This document shows positions 36,085 through 44,404 of a stretch of DNA of 64,000 bases, in pieces. The notes under the pieces were generated by a model. The model worked only from the letters and a program-made list of their open reading frames with translations. It was not told the origin of the DNA and searched no databases. The position numbers and the translations under genes are program-made. Source of the stretch: Candidatus Peribacterales bacterium. Lineage in GTDB: Bacteria; Patescibacteriota; Gracilibacteria; Peribacterales; Peribacteraceae. The stretch is from contig JAGVDM010000003.1 in the NCBI GenBank assembly GCA_020058765.1, forward strand, positions 52,019-116,018. Reading direction: 5' to 3'. How positions within the stretch are numbered: the stretch's first letter is position 1; each line of letters begins with the position of its first letter.

Positions 36085-36614
36085 GCCTGGCTGCCGTCGC
36101 CTACTTTTACTTTGGCGGGGCGTAGCACGCGCCCGTTGAATTCATACCCATCCTCGAACACCTCGAGGATGACATCTACAGCGCCGGGACCCGCTTGCAA
36201 TACTTCGTGCCGTACGGGATCCACTGGTTGCCCTTCGCATTCCATGCGCTTGAGGCCTGCCTCTTCGAGCCGACGTAGGAGATCCTGCTCCACTGCTTGT
36301 ACGCCTTTTACCCATTCCGCATCGGCGAGCTCCGCGGGCAAGTGCTTGAACGCTCTGCGAAAGTTATCGACCGTTGGCAGCAAGCGCTCGACGATGCCGG
36401 CAGCAGCGAAGAGGCGAATATCTGCCGCCTCACGCTGGAGGCGCTCTTTGGCATTCTGCAAATCTGCCTGCGACCGACCTGCAATATCTCGCAAGCGAGC
36501 CAGCTCTGCACGAGCGGCTTCCAACTCCTGCACCGGTGGTGCTACGGCATCGTCACCAGTGGTGGCTGCCGCAGCGCTGTCATCTGCCGGAGGAGTAGGG
36601 TGCTTGCTCGTCAT
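36081..36614 (-). CDS. grpE: Nucleotide exchange factor GrpE
   Basis: Coiled-coil N-terminus, NFRRAF-type motif (DNFRRAFKH), and a C-terminal beta-domain. Confidence 0.88.
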   Translation of the reverse strand: MTSKHPTPPADDSAAAATTGDDAVAPPVQELEAARAELARLRDIAGRSQADLQNAKERLQREAADIRLFAAAGIVERLLPTVDNFRRAFKHLPAELADAEWVKGVQAVEQDLLRRLEEAGLKRMECEGQPVDPVRHEVLQAGPGAVDVILEVFEDGYEFNGRVLRPAKVKVGDGSQA

Positions 36615-36675
36615 TCACTCCCATCATAACGGCAAGACTCGCTTGGGCAACCCATGAGTGCTACATTGTCGCGCA

Positions 36676-37674
36676 ATGCCTACTCTCCTCTCCATCGCCG
36701 CCATTCTGGGCGGATTCGTCTTGCTCATCAAAGGAGCCGACTGGCTCGTAGACGGCGCATCGTCCATCGCACAGCGACTGAACATTCCCGATCTCGTAAT
36801 CGGTCTTACGATTGTGGCATTCGGTACGTCAGCTCCAGAGCTGATCGTGAACATCATTGCGAGCTTGCGGGGCAATGCAGACATCGCCATCGGCAACATT
36901 GTAGGGAGCAACATCGCCAACACACTGCTCATCTTGGGCGTGGCAGCCATGCTCTTCCCGCTGCGTGTGCAACGGAGCACCGTGCTGAAGGAAATCCCGT
37001 TCTCCATCCTTGCCGCACTTGTACTGTTCCTTATGGCCAATGACCAGTTGATTGATGGATATAGCGCATCGGAAATCGGCAGAGGCGACGGCCTGATCCT
37101 CATGTGCTTCTTTTGCATCTTCCTCTACTACACGTTCGGCATGGCAAGCGCTGGCAAAGCAGAAGACCTCTCTGCCCCCAAGCGCAGCACACTCATGGCA
37201 ACAGGCATGATGGCCATCGGCCTTGTTGGCCTAGGAATAGGCGGAGAATTCGTGGTACGAGGAGCAACCCAGATTGCCGAGCTGCTCGGTATTAGCCAAG
37301 CGCTCATCGGCCTTACAATTGTTGCCGTGGGTACATCGCTCCCCGAGCTGATGACCTCGGTCATTGCCGCTCTCAAGCACAAGCCAGATATTTCTGTAGG
37401 GAACATTGTGGGCAGCAATATCTTCAATATCTTCTGGATCCTGGGCGCAAGCGCCGTCATTCAGCCACTACCATTCTCCGCTGCCATCAATCCCGATCTG
37501 CTCGTAGTGATCGGCTCTGCGGTACTGCTGTTCCTCTTCATCCATACAGGGGGCATTCACAAACGGCTGCTCTTCTGGCGGCAGCGCGATGGCCACATCA
37601 TTACACGCGTGGAAGGAGCACTGCTCCTCGCGTGCTACGTAGGATACGTGTGCTTCGCGGCGCTGCGCGGGTAA
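36676..37674 (+). CDS. Ca2+/Na+ antiporter (CaCA / YrbG family)
   Basis: Two alpha-repeats, GLTIVAFGTSAPEL and GLTIVAVGTSLPEL. Confidence 0.88.
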   Translation: MPTLLSIAAILGGFVLLIKGADWLVDGASSIAQRLNIPDLVIGLTIVAFGTSAPELIVNIIASLRGNADIAIGNIVGSNIANTLLILGVAAMLFPLRVQRSTVLKEIPFSILAALVLFLMANDQLIDGYSASEIGRGDGLILMCFFCIFLYYTFGMASAGKAEDLSAPKRSTLMATGMMAIGLVGLGIGGEFVVRGATQIAELLGISQALIGLTIVAVGTSLPELMTSVIAALKHKPDISVGNIVGSNIFNIFWILGASAVIQPLPFSAAINPDLLVVIGSAVLLFLFIHTGGIHKRLLFWRQRDGHIITRVEGALLLACYVGYVCFAALRG

Positions 37675-37731
37675 CAAAAAAACCGACCAGGGATTGCCCG
37701 GCCGGTTTTGTGGAATGACGAGTGAGGAAAT

Positions 37732-37968
37732 TTATTCGACTTCCTCTTCCTGCATCACGCGGACGCCGGCCTCCATTTCGGCCTCGCCCTCAACCATAGC
37801 CTCGTCGGCTGCCATGTCCTCATCCTTCATCACGGTGCCATCTGGGACAACATGTTCGCCTTCCATAGCTTCGCCTTCCATTGCCTCATCGGCGGATGGC
37901 TGCTGTGCTGGGCTGCATGCTGCGAGGAGCATTGCGACAGAGAACGCTGCAAATACGGACTTCTTCAT
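37732..37968 (-). CDS. Small acidic lipoprotein (Met/Glu-rich)
   Basis: MKKSVFAAFSVAMLLAAC lipobox followed by (E/M/A)-rich repeats. Confidence 0.5.
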   Translation of the reverse strand: MKKSVFAAFSVAMLLAACSPAQQPSADEAMEGEAMEGEHVVPDGTVMKDEDMAADEAMVEGEAEMEAGVRVMQEEEVE

Positions 37969-38093
37969 GGAAATGGGGGAAAATAACGCGCCCATGCTAG
38001 TGCCGTGGGAGGGCAATTGACAAGCCAAGAATAGGGAAAAGTTCCGTATTCTCGCTTTGCATAGCGATGGCGCTCCTGCATAATTCGGCGCGT

Positions 38094-38192
38094 GCCACGG
38101 TAGCTCAGTTGGCCGCGTCGACGCTTGCGAGACGCGCAATCAAAGAAACTGTGCTCGGTTGGCTATCGATCTTTCCACTATTGTAGGGACAT
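38094..38192 (+). other. tRNA(CAT) 5'-half mimic / leader module
   Basis: GCCACGGTAGCTCAGTTGG is identical to nt 1-19 of the downstream tRNA. It is followed by the hairpin CGCGTC..CG-CTTG-CG..GACGCG (38114-38136) and the A-rich CAATCAAAGAAAC. Confidence 0.55.
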
Positions 38193-38268
38193 GCCACGGT
38201 AGCTCAGTTGGTAGAGCACGGGACTCATAAGCCCGGGGTCACCAGTTCAATCCTGGTCCGTGGCACCA
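38193..38268 (+). tRNA. tRNA with CAT anticodon (elongator Met or lysidine-dependent Ile2), CCA encoded
   Basis: GCCACGG/CCGTGGC acceptor with a paired G1-C72, so it is not an initiator. The anticodon loop is CTCATAA and the T arm is ACCAG-TTCAATC-CTGGT. There is an A31/G39 mismatch in the anticodon stem. Confidence 0.9.
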
Positions 38269-38289
38269 TCAAGATGTATTAGACCCACT

Positions 38290-38598
38290 ATGCAAAATCC
38301 GACTGAATATCGTGGCCCCACCATTCAATTGTCACCCATCTTTGAGGGGTCTGATGGACGTCCTTCTGTAATGTTTTGGACCGAAAAGACGCGGGGAAGT
38401 GTTATGGGGATACTCCAATATCACGAAGATAGCGGATGGATACTGGCACAACGGCACCCATGGACCGAGTACGATATTCCAGACTACATCATCGAACAGG
38501 CTCCTGTAGCTGCCGATGTTCAATACCCCAATGGCATTGGCTCACACTACAATCCTTCACACCCGCTTGGACATCCACAGAGTCGAGATTTGCCCTGA
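38290..38598 (+). CDS. Hypothetical protein inside the tRNA-flanked 376-bp segment
   Basis: ORF MQNPTEYRGPTIQ... with no recognisable motif. Confidence 0.35.
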   Translation: MQNPTEYRGPTIQLSPIFEGSDGRPSVMFWTEKTRGSVMGILQYHEDSGWILAQRHPWTEYDIPDYIIEQAPVAADVQYPNGIGSHYNPSHPLGHPQSRDLP

Positions 38599-38644
38599 TG
38601 AGAAAGGTGCTCGGCTCGACCACAAGTAGAAAAATCATCTCTAA

Positions 38645-38659
38645 TGGTCCGTGGCACCA
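38645..38659 (+). repeat. 15-nt direct repeat of the tRNA(CAT) 3' end (att-like)
   Basis: TGGTCCGTGGCACCA is identical to 38254-38268. Confidence 0.85.
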
Positions 38660-38789
38660 CGATACTTGTAAGCCACGCTCGCTCAGTTGCCACCGGTGGA
38701 GCCGCAAAAGGCTTGGATCGCAGTCCTCACAGAGGAGTCCGTAATGCTACAAACTGTAGTAACTTGCTGTGTGATGATACGATTGAAAC

Positions 38790-39140
38790 ATGAGTGAGAA
38801 CAAAAAAACGATCGAGCAGTACATCGATGGCTTCAACACACTGAACCATGCTCAGATTCTTGATTGCCTTACTGAGGATGTCGAATGGGTTATGCCAGGA
38901 TTCTTTCATCATGTTGGAAAGGAGGCCTTTGATAAGGAAATCGAAAACCCTGCATTCTCTGGGGCGCCAGTTGTCACTATCAAACGCATGACAGAAGAAA
39001 ACAACGTGGTGATTGCCGAGGGAACGGTTCTCGCACAGAAGGCATCGGGCGAGAAGTTGCCACTCATCTTCTGTGATGTCTTTGAAATGCGTAACGGAAA
39101 GATTCAGAAATTGATCGGCTACATCGCCGAGGGTACATAG
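38790..39140 (+). CDS. SnoaL/NTF2-like (ketosteroid-isomerase-fold) protein
   Basis: 116 aa. The pattern IEQYIDGFN....IL..L.EDVEW resembles SnoaL-like domains. Confidence 0.65.
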   Translation: MSENKKTIEQYIDGFNTLNHAQILDCLTEDVEWVMPGFFHHVGKEAFDKEIENPAFSGAPVVTIKRMTEENNVVIAEGTVLAQKASGEKLPLIFCDVFEMRNGKIQKLIGYIAEGT

Positions 39141-39181
39141 CGCATATTCCCTATATCACGCTTTTGTGCCATGCTCCGTCC

Positions 39182-39781
39182 ATGAAGCACCTCTCCACAG
39201 TATTCATTGCAGTCATCTCGGGTCTTGTTGGTGGCGCATTGGCCACCGCATTGCCGGAACTCATTGCACCGAGCAATGAAGATCTGATTCGTGATTTCTA
39301 CCGCACAGAGACCGCGGTACACGTGAGCCCACATAGCCTGCGAACGAAGATGGATGAACGCGTGAACGACTACGTATTAGTCGACCTCCGTAGCCAAGAA
39401 GAGTACGAGCGAGAGCACATTGCAGGAGCAATCAACATTCCCGCCTACAGCGATCCAGATACATCGGCATATGGAGATGTGGAGCGCATTGTTGGTGCAT
39501 TCAAGGCACTCTCTCCAGAGAAGCACGTCATCGTATACTGCTACTCCATGCCATGCATGACAGGTCGCAAGATCGGCAACATGCTCGCGGAACATGACGT
39601 GTATGTGCAGCACCTTGGTATTGGCTGGAACGAGTGGCGGCACTTCTGGAACTTGTGGAACCACGAACATGAGTGGAATGCCACGAAGGTGGAAGACTAC
39701 ATCGTATCGGGATCGGAACCCGGCGAACCCACGAGCGAGCCGAGTATCTCCCCCTGCGTGGAAGGACAGTTCGGGTGCTGA
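39182..39781 (+). CDS. Membrane-anchored rhodanese-domain protein
   Basis: N-terminal TM helix, a rhodanese core (LVDLRSQEEYEREHIAGAINIP), and the active-site loop region CYSMPCMTGR. Confidence 0.7.
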   Translation: MKHLSTVFIAVISGLVGGALATALPELIAPSNEDLIRDFYRTETAVHVSPHSLRTKMDERVNDYVLVDLRSQEEYEREHIAGAINIPAYSDPDTSAYGDVERIVGAFKALSPEKHVIVYCYSMPCMTGRKIGNMLAEHDVYVQHLGIGWNEWRHFWNLWNHEHEWNATKVEDYIVSGSEPGEPTSEPSISPCVEGQFGC

Positions 39782-41236
39782 TTACGGCTTGAACACCTTT
39801 CCGTGCGGCTTCTCGTTTGTAAGGAAGTTGGTGAACTGCCATGTGCTGCCGTCCGCAGGCTGCCCCGTAGGCGTCCAGTCCAATGGAACCGAGAGCACTT
39901 TGCCTAGATATGGGGTGGCAACTGCCATCACATCGCGGTGTGGAAGCTGATCAGGAAGAAGCACGCCTTCGTTGGGGTGGCGAATCATCCATGTCACAGC
40001 ACCAAGCACAGACGCGGCCACTTGCAGAGTGGTAGCGTTTTGCCCAGGCACCAAGCGACGGGCTTCTGCAACGTCGAGCACCGTGCCAGTCCACCAAGAC
40101 GTGAAGTCATGACCCATGAGCAGCACTCCTAGCTCATCCACACCATCAGTGATTTCATCGGACATCACACGCCACTTCTCCTGCATCACATACTCACGTT
40201 GGCGCAGATCTTCTAGGCAGCGAATCGCCTCCGGGCACGGGCAGTAGGAATAGTGCACCGTTGGCCTGTGTAGCGCCGTGCCGTCACCATCCCAGAGAGT
40301 GAGTGCATCGGAGATGCTGAATGCTTCGCCGTGACGAACAACCATGCCTACAATCTCCTGGCTCGGCACACGAGACTTCACGAATGTGTTAATACCAAAG
40401 CGCTGCAAACAGATTTGATTCTTGGGCTCGGATGCGTGCGCAAAGCCGTCTTCAGGCATGGATCGTTCATGCGTTCCCCATCCAATTTCCGCAGGCGCAA
40501 TCCCCTCTTCGTAAAAGCCTTCTACGCTCCACGTATTCAGGAAGGTATCTACGCTGTGCGGTGTATTGGTACGCTGAGTATCAATCTCACTAATGTGAAT
40601 CACGCGCAGATCGAGCAATGCGGCGAGCTCAGCGAAATTCTTGTAGCGCATTGCATGTTCAACAGCATGAATGCGGAGGTCATTGGGCTTCTCTGCGCAG
40701 AGTTTTGCACCAATATCCAGCAAACCCATCTTGGTGAAGTGCGACACGAGACCGGGATTTGCACCATGCTCAAGCACTGCCGTTGGCCCTCTCTCATTCG
40801 CCCAACTACGCATGAGATCGCGGATTGCCATGTGACGAACATAGAGCGTTCGATTCCGTGGATCGGCATTCTCTTTTTCTGCGTAGGGATCCCACAGTTC
40901 TACAGAGGTATTGATATAGAGCACGCCGTTCTTGTGGCACCAGTCGAGCATGTCGGTGCAGGCGATATTCCATGCGAGGTCGATGATCAGATCGCCGCGA
41001 GATACAGATTGTGCGAGCTGCATGCCCATTGTTTCCTTTTTGAGTTGCTCCACGCGGAACGTGAGCCCCTGAGGAAGGAGATCCTTCACATGCTCACGAC
41101 CATCCACCATATCCATAATGGTGATCTGTGATGGCGTGATATCCAGGTGACGGAGAAGGAGTGGAAGCGTGCACTTCGCCACGCCTCCAAAGCCGAGGAG
41201 GAGGATGTGTCCTTTGAAGGGAAATTTTTCAATCAT
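39782..41236 (-). CDS. hss: Homospermidine synthase (saccharopine-dehydrogenase-fold)
   Basis: LLLGFGGVAKCTLPLL, NTWSVEGFYEEGIAPAEIGWGTHE, DELGVLLMGH and GQNATTLQVAASVLG match my memory of bacterial HSS closely. The ATG at 41236 was chosen. Confidence 0.85.
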   Translation of the reverse strand: MIEKFPFKGHILLLGFGGVAKCTLPLLLRHLDITPSQITIMDMVDGREHVKDLLPQGLTFRVEQLKKETMGMQLAQSVSRGDLIIDLAWNIACTDMLDWCHKNGVLYINTSVELWDPYAEKENADPRNRTLYVRHMAIRDLMRSWANERGPTAVLEHGANPGLVSHFTKMGLLDIGAKLCAEKPNDLRIHAVEHAMRYKNFAELAALLDLRVIHISEIDTQRTNTPHSVDTFLNTWSVEGFYEEGIAPAEIGWGTHERSMPEDGFAHASEPKNQICLQRFGINTFVKSRVPSQEIVGMVVRHGEAFSISDALTLWDGDGTALHRPTVHYSYCPCPEAIRCLEDLRQREYVMQEKWRVMSDEITDGVDELGVLLMGHDFTSWWTGTVLDVAEARRLVPGQNATTLQVAASVLGAVTWMIRHPNEGVLLPDQLPHRDVMAVATPYLGKVLSVPLDWTPTGQPADGSTWQFTNFLTNEKPHGKVFKP

Positions 41237-41463
41237 AATGACGCGGAGTGTAACAATATTATTTTCGAAGGGAATAGATTCTTTGGAGAGAAAGTGCACT
41301 TTGGATGCATTTTAAAATTCCAAAGTTGCACAAAATATACGCAATCGCCCCCAAAGTGCATTTTGCGTATTTTGCGTGCTCGCAAAAAATTCCCAGAAAA
41401 ATTCTCCATGGAAACCGTGCGACATACTTGTGAGGCATTCGCGCACTTCGGTAGCGTACCGCA

Positions 41464-41952
41464 GTGCCCCGGGAATACTCCACATCGGAACTCTTGCAAG
41501 AGAGTGCGCAGCTCGAACGTCGCGCATTCGATCTGCTGTGCGATGTGAGTGCGGAAGTAGTGAGGAACGTTGCGAATGTCACATCGGTGGAATTTTGCAG
41601 GGATCAGGATTTGCAACGATTCCGCGATCGTACGGAGAACGACCTACATGCATTCTTTGAAGTAGGAGGCACCATCTACCATTTGCGCGCATACCTTTGC
41701 CACATGCTCGCGCGCCGTCGAGCGGAGGGCGAAGATCCGCAACGTGACTTCCAGAACATCGAACTCACAGGATACCGCAAACCACGAGTTGCACTGCATG
41801 GCGGAACACACTCACTGCGGCAAGATCGTTACCCGTGGGATCCCGCACAAATAGCACGTGCGGTCATTGAGCAGAACGCCGACCTGTTTTTGCAGCGCCA
41901 AACCATGCGGCCACCTGCTGAGGCGGAAGGAACAGGACATACAGCGGAATAA
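41464..41952 (+). CDS. Hypothetical protein (overlaps the 3' end of the convergent gene by about 90 nt)
   Basis: 162-aa ORF with no recognisable motif. The overlap lowers confidence. Confidence 0.3.
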   Translation: MPREYSTSELLQESAQLERRAFDLLCDVSAEVVRNVANVTSVEFCRDQDLQRFRDRTENDLHAFFEVGGTIYHLRAYLCHMLARRRAEGEDPQRDFQNIELTGYRKPRVALHGGTHSLRQDRYPWDPAQIARAVIEQNADLFLQRQTMRPPAEAEGTGHTAE

Positions 41953-42760
41953 GCACGAGGAACGACCAAATGGAGAGGAGCAGTGCGATGGCGATATGAA
42001 ACATTGCGCCGAACGCAAAGCCGATCCAGCGCACGCGCGGAATCCAAAAACTCATTGCGAGTAGCACTTCAAACAGAATGATCGCTGGCACGGCTGCGTC
42101 ATACAGCGACGGAGCAATGTCCCAACGAACGATTCTGAACGCGAGTGGCGTCGCCCAACTACTCATAAGTGATGCCCGCAAAATTCCACCGTCCTCCCAC
42201 CCCGGCAACCAGAGCTTCTGCAGCGCGGCACCGAGGTACGTTGCCGTAATCTGCACAGCGAGTAACCGCTGCGGGAGAAGTGATACCGACTCCCATGCGC
42301 GCCAGGTACCTCGTTCTCTGTGCATGCGTAGAGACAATGCCATATCAGCTCCACTGCACAGGAACACGAGGATGAAGAACAGCGAAATACGATGAATAGT
42401 TGCAGGGAACACATGCAACGAGAGCTGCCAGAACTCTAGCCCCAGCACGAGGATGCCTAGCAGACATACGCGCATCCGGTACCCCGCAATGAAACCGATC
42501 AAACAGACCAGGAGCAGTGCGTAGAGCACCGTTACGATGAATGGACTTGGTGCATCGAAGAGCTGCATGCCACTGTAACCATCGCCAAGGAGTGGCATAG
42601 CAACACCCGAAGAAGAAAAGGAGACGAAGAGGACAGGGGCGTACCCTAGTGCGAGCAGCAACCAGAACGAGCCAATTGCTATCCGCGCAATCGCCAGTGC
42701 ATGCGGCGGTACAGCCGCACACCACCATGCATCCCACTGTTTTGCACATCGCAGAATCAT
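41864..42760 (-). CDS. Polytopic membrane protein, HTTM-domain-like (tentative)
   Basis: Many TM helices, beginning ..ALAIARIAIGSFWLL. There is an ATGA overlap with the upstream gene. Confidence 0.5.
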   Translation of the reverse strand: MILRCAKQWDAWWCAAVPPHALAIARIAIGSFWLLLALGYAPVLFVSFSSSGVAMPLLGDGYSGMQLFDAPSPFIVTVLYALLLVCLIGFIAGYRMRVCLLGILVLGLEFWQLSLHVFPATIHRISLFFILVFLCSGADMALSLRMHRERGTWRAWESVSLLPQRLLAVQITATYLGAALQKLWLPGWEDGGILRASLMSSWATPLAFRIVRWDIAPSLYDAAVPAIILFEVLLAMSFWIPRVRWIGFAFGAMFHIAIALLLSIWSFLVLIPLYVLFLPPQQVAAWFGAAKTGRRSAQ

Positions 42761-43281
42761 GTGGAGCCAACAAGCGTACGAACAACGTGCGGCGGCATGC
42801 GCAGCGCATCGATGCCATCCGGCGAGATCGGCCACTGCTCCTGATACACCTGCACAGTTGCGTATGAACGACCTGCAGCAACCTCTGCATGTTGTACACG
42901 AAGCGCGAAGCGATCATATGCAGCATGAAGCGCGGCATCACCACGATTTGCAAAACTCAAAAAACCCGACCGAACAAATCGCTCTCCACGACGCCCAGGC
43001 AAGTATCGCTCAACGGAAATGGTCTCCCACTCCCCCGTTGCCGTGCGCCCCTCCAGCACAAGATCTTGATGCACCGTTCGGTAGCCCTGATACGGAGACA
43101 TCGTCTGATAACTGAAGCGTGCAAATGTTCGCAGCAGAGGAATTTCTATGCGCCACAGCGTAAACGCCAACCCTCCAAGGGTGATGCACAGATAGGCGAT
43201 GATCACCGCATGCCGGAACGCGAGGAGAAACATGCAGCACAGCGTAGCAGAGCACAGGAAGAACGGGTGTTGCGGAGCCAA
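42757..43281 (-). CDS. Membrane protein co-translated with the HTTM-like gene
   Basis: Two N-terminal TM helices plus a soluble domain, with translational coupling (ATGA). Confidence 0.5.
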   Translation of the reverse strand: MAPQHPFFLCSATLCCMFLLAFRHAVIIAYLCITLGGLAFTLWRIEIPLLRTFARFSYQTMSPYQGYRTVHQDLVLEGRTATGEWETISVERYLPGRRGERFVRSGFLSFANRGDAALHAAYDRFALRVQHAEVAAGRSYATVQVYQEQWPISPDGIDALRMPPHVVRTLVGST

Positions 43282-43304
43282 TGATCCTCTATACTCTGCG
43301 GGCT

Positions 43305-44039
43305 ATGAGCATCACGCTCGTTTGTTTGCATGGCTGGGGCGGCTCGAAAGATTCATTTCGGGAATTGCGCGATGCGCTCAAAGGATCACACGTGCGCATC
43401 CTCGCACCCGACCTTCCGGGGTTCGGGAATGCCGACGAGCCAGATCGCCCTTGGTCGGTCGACGACTACGCGGACTGGGCGGAGCAGTACATTCAAGAAC
43501 ATGTAGATGGACCCTACGCACTCTTTGGACATTCACACGGTGGTCGCATATGCATCAAGCTCGCCGACCGCTGGGCAGCGAGCAGTACCAGCACGCGCGA
43601 GCCGTTGCATATCTTCCTCTGTGCGGCTGCAGGCATACGTCGTACACGGCACTTCAAACGTCTTCTTGGTCTGCTCCTCGCAAAAGGCGGAAAAGTACTC
43701 CTCGCAATCCCTGGACTGCGCACATTGCAGCCACTCGCAAAAAGACTGCTCTACAAGCTGGTGCGTGTGCATGACTACGAACGGGCATCCGATGTTATGC
43801 GTCAGACACTCATCCTCGTTACCCGTGAAGATTTGCGACCACTCCTCAAGCACATTCGCATTCCCACTACGCTCTTTTGGGGGAAAGACGACAGCATGAC
43901 CCCGCTTGCGGATGGGCAACTCATGCAACAGCGCATTCGCGGAAGTACGCTTAACGTGTACCCAGGCGTGCGACACGGTGTGCACCGTGACCGCGCCGAA
44001 GAGATTGCCACAATCGTTGTGGCAGCACTCCAGCAGTAG
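43305..44039 (+). CDS. Alpha/beta-fold hydrolase
   Basis: MSITLVCLHGWGGS and the nucleophile elbow GHSHGG are present, with a C-terminal His region. Confidence 0.8.
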   Translation: MSITLVCLHGWGGSKDSFRELRDALKGSHVRILAPDLPGFGNADEPDRPWSVDDYADWAEQYIQEHVDGPYALFGHSHGGRICIKLADRWAASSTSTREPLHIFLCAAAGIRRTRHFKRLLGLLLAKGGKVLLAIPGLRTLQPLAKRLLYKLVRVHDYERASDVMRQTLILVTREDLRPLLKHIRIPTTLFWGKDDSMTPLADGQLMQQRIRGSTLNVYPGVRHGVHRDRAEEIATIVVAALQQ

Positions 44040-44047
44040 ATACAGAT

Positions 44048-44281
44048 TTACCGACCGGCAGCCCCATGCAAGCGCACACCGTACGGCGTCGCGTCTTGAT
44101 CATCAGGAATACCGTCGCTATCGGCATCTGCAATGCTCGCTGTGAGGTAAAAGTAGTGCGCCGGAGCCGCCTGGATGGCGGAAATCGCTGGCACAACAAC
44201 CGTGACCGCGGTGGAAATCAGTGCCGCAAGCAATACGATGAGCGATGTTTCCTGAGAAACGGGAGTATGGAGGGAACGCAT
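44048..44281 (-). CDS. Small membrane-anchored protein with one thrombospondin-type-3-like Ca-binding motif
   Basis: TM helix LIVLLAALISTAVTVVV followed by DADSDGIPDDQD. Confidence 0.4.
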   Translation of the reverse strand: MRSLHTPVSQETSLIVLLAALISTAVTVVVPAISAIQAAPAHYFYLTASIADADSDGIPDDQDATPYGVRLHGAAGR

Positions 44282-44404
44282 GGGTGTGTGTATGAAAGGA
44301 AGTTTTCTGATCAGTGTACCAGAAAATGCCATCCCAGACAATGCTGCCACCGTGCGGAAAACACCTTTGGAGCAATGGGAGAAATGCCGCGTTCACGCTA
44401 GGCT

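Noticed and set aside
40331-41131. 266-aa plus-strand ORF.
   Set aside because: It is antisense to the strongly supported homospermidine synthase gene.
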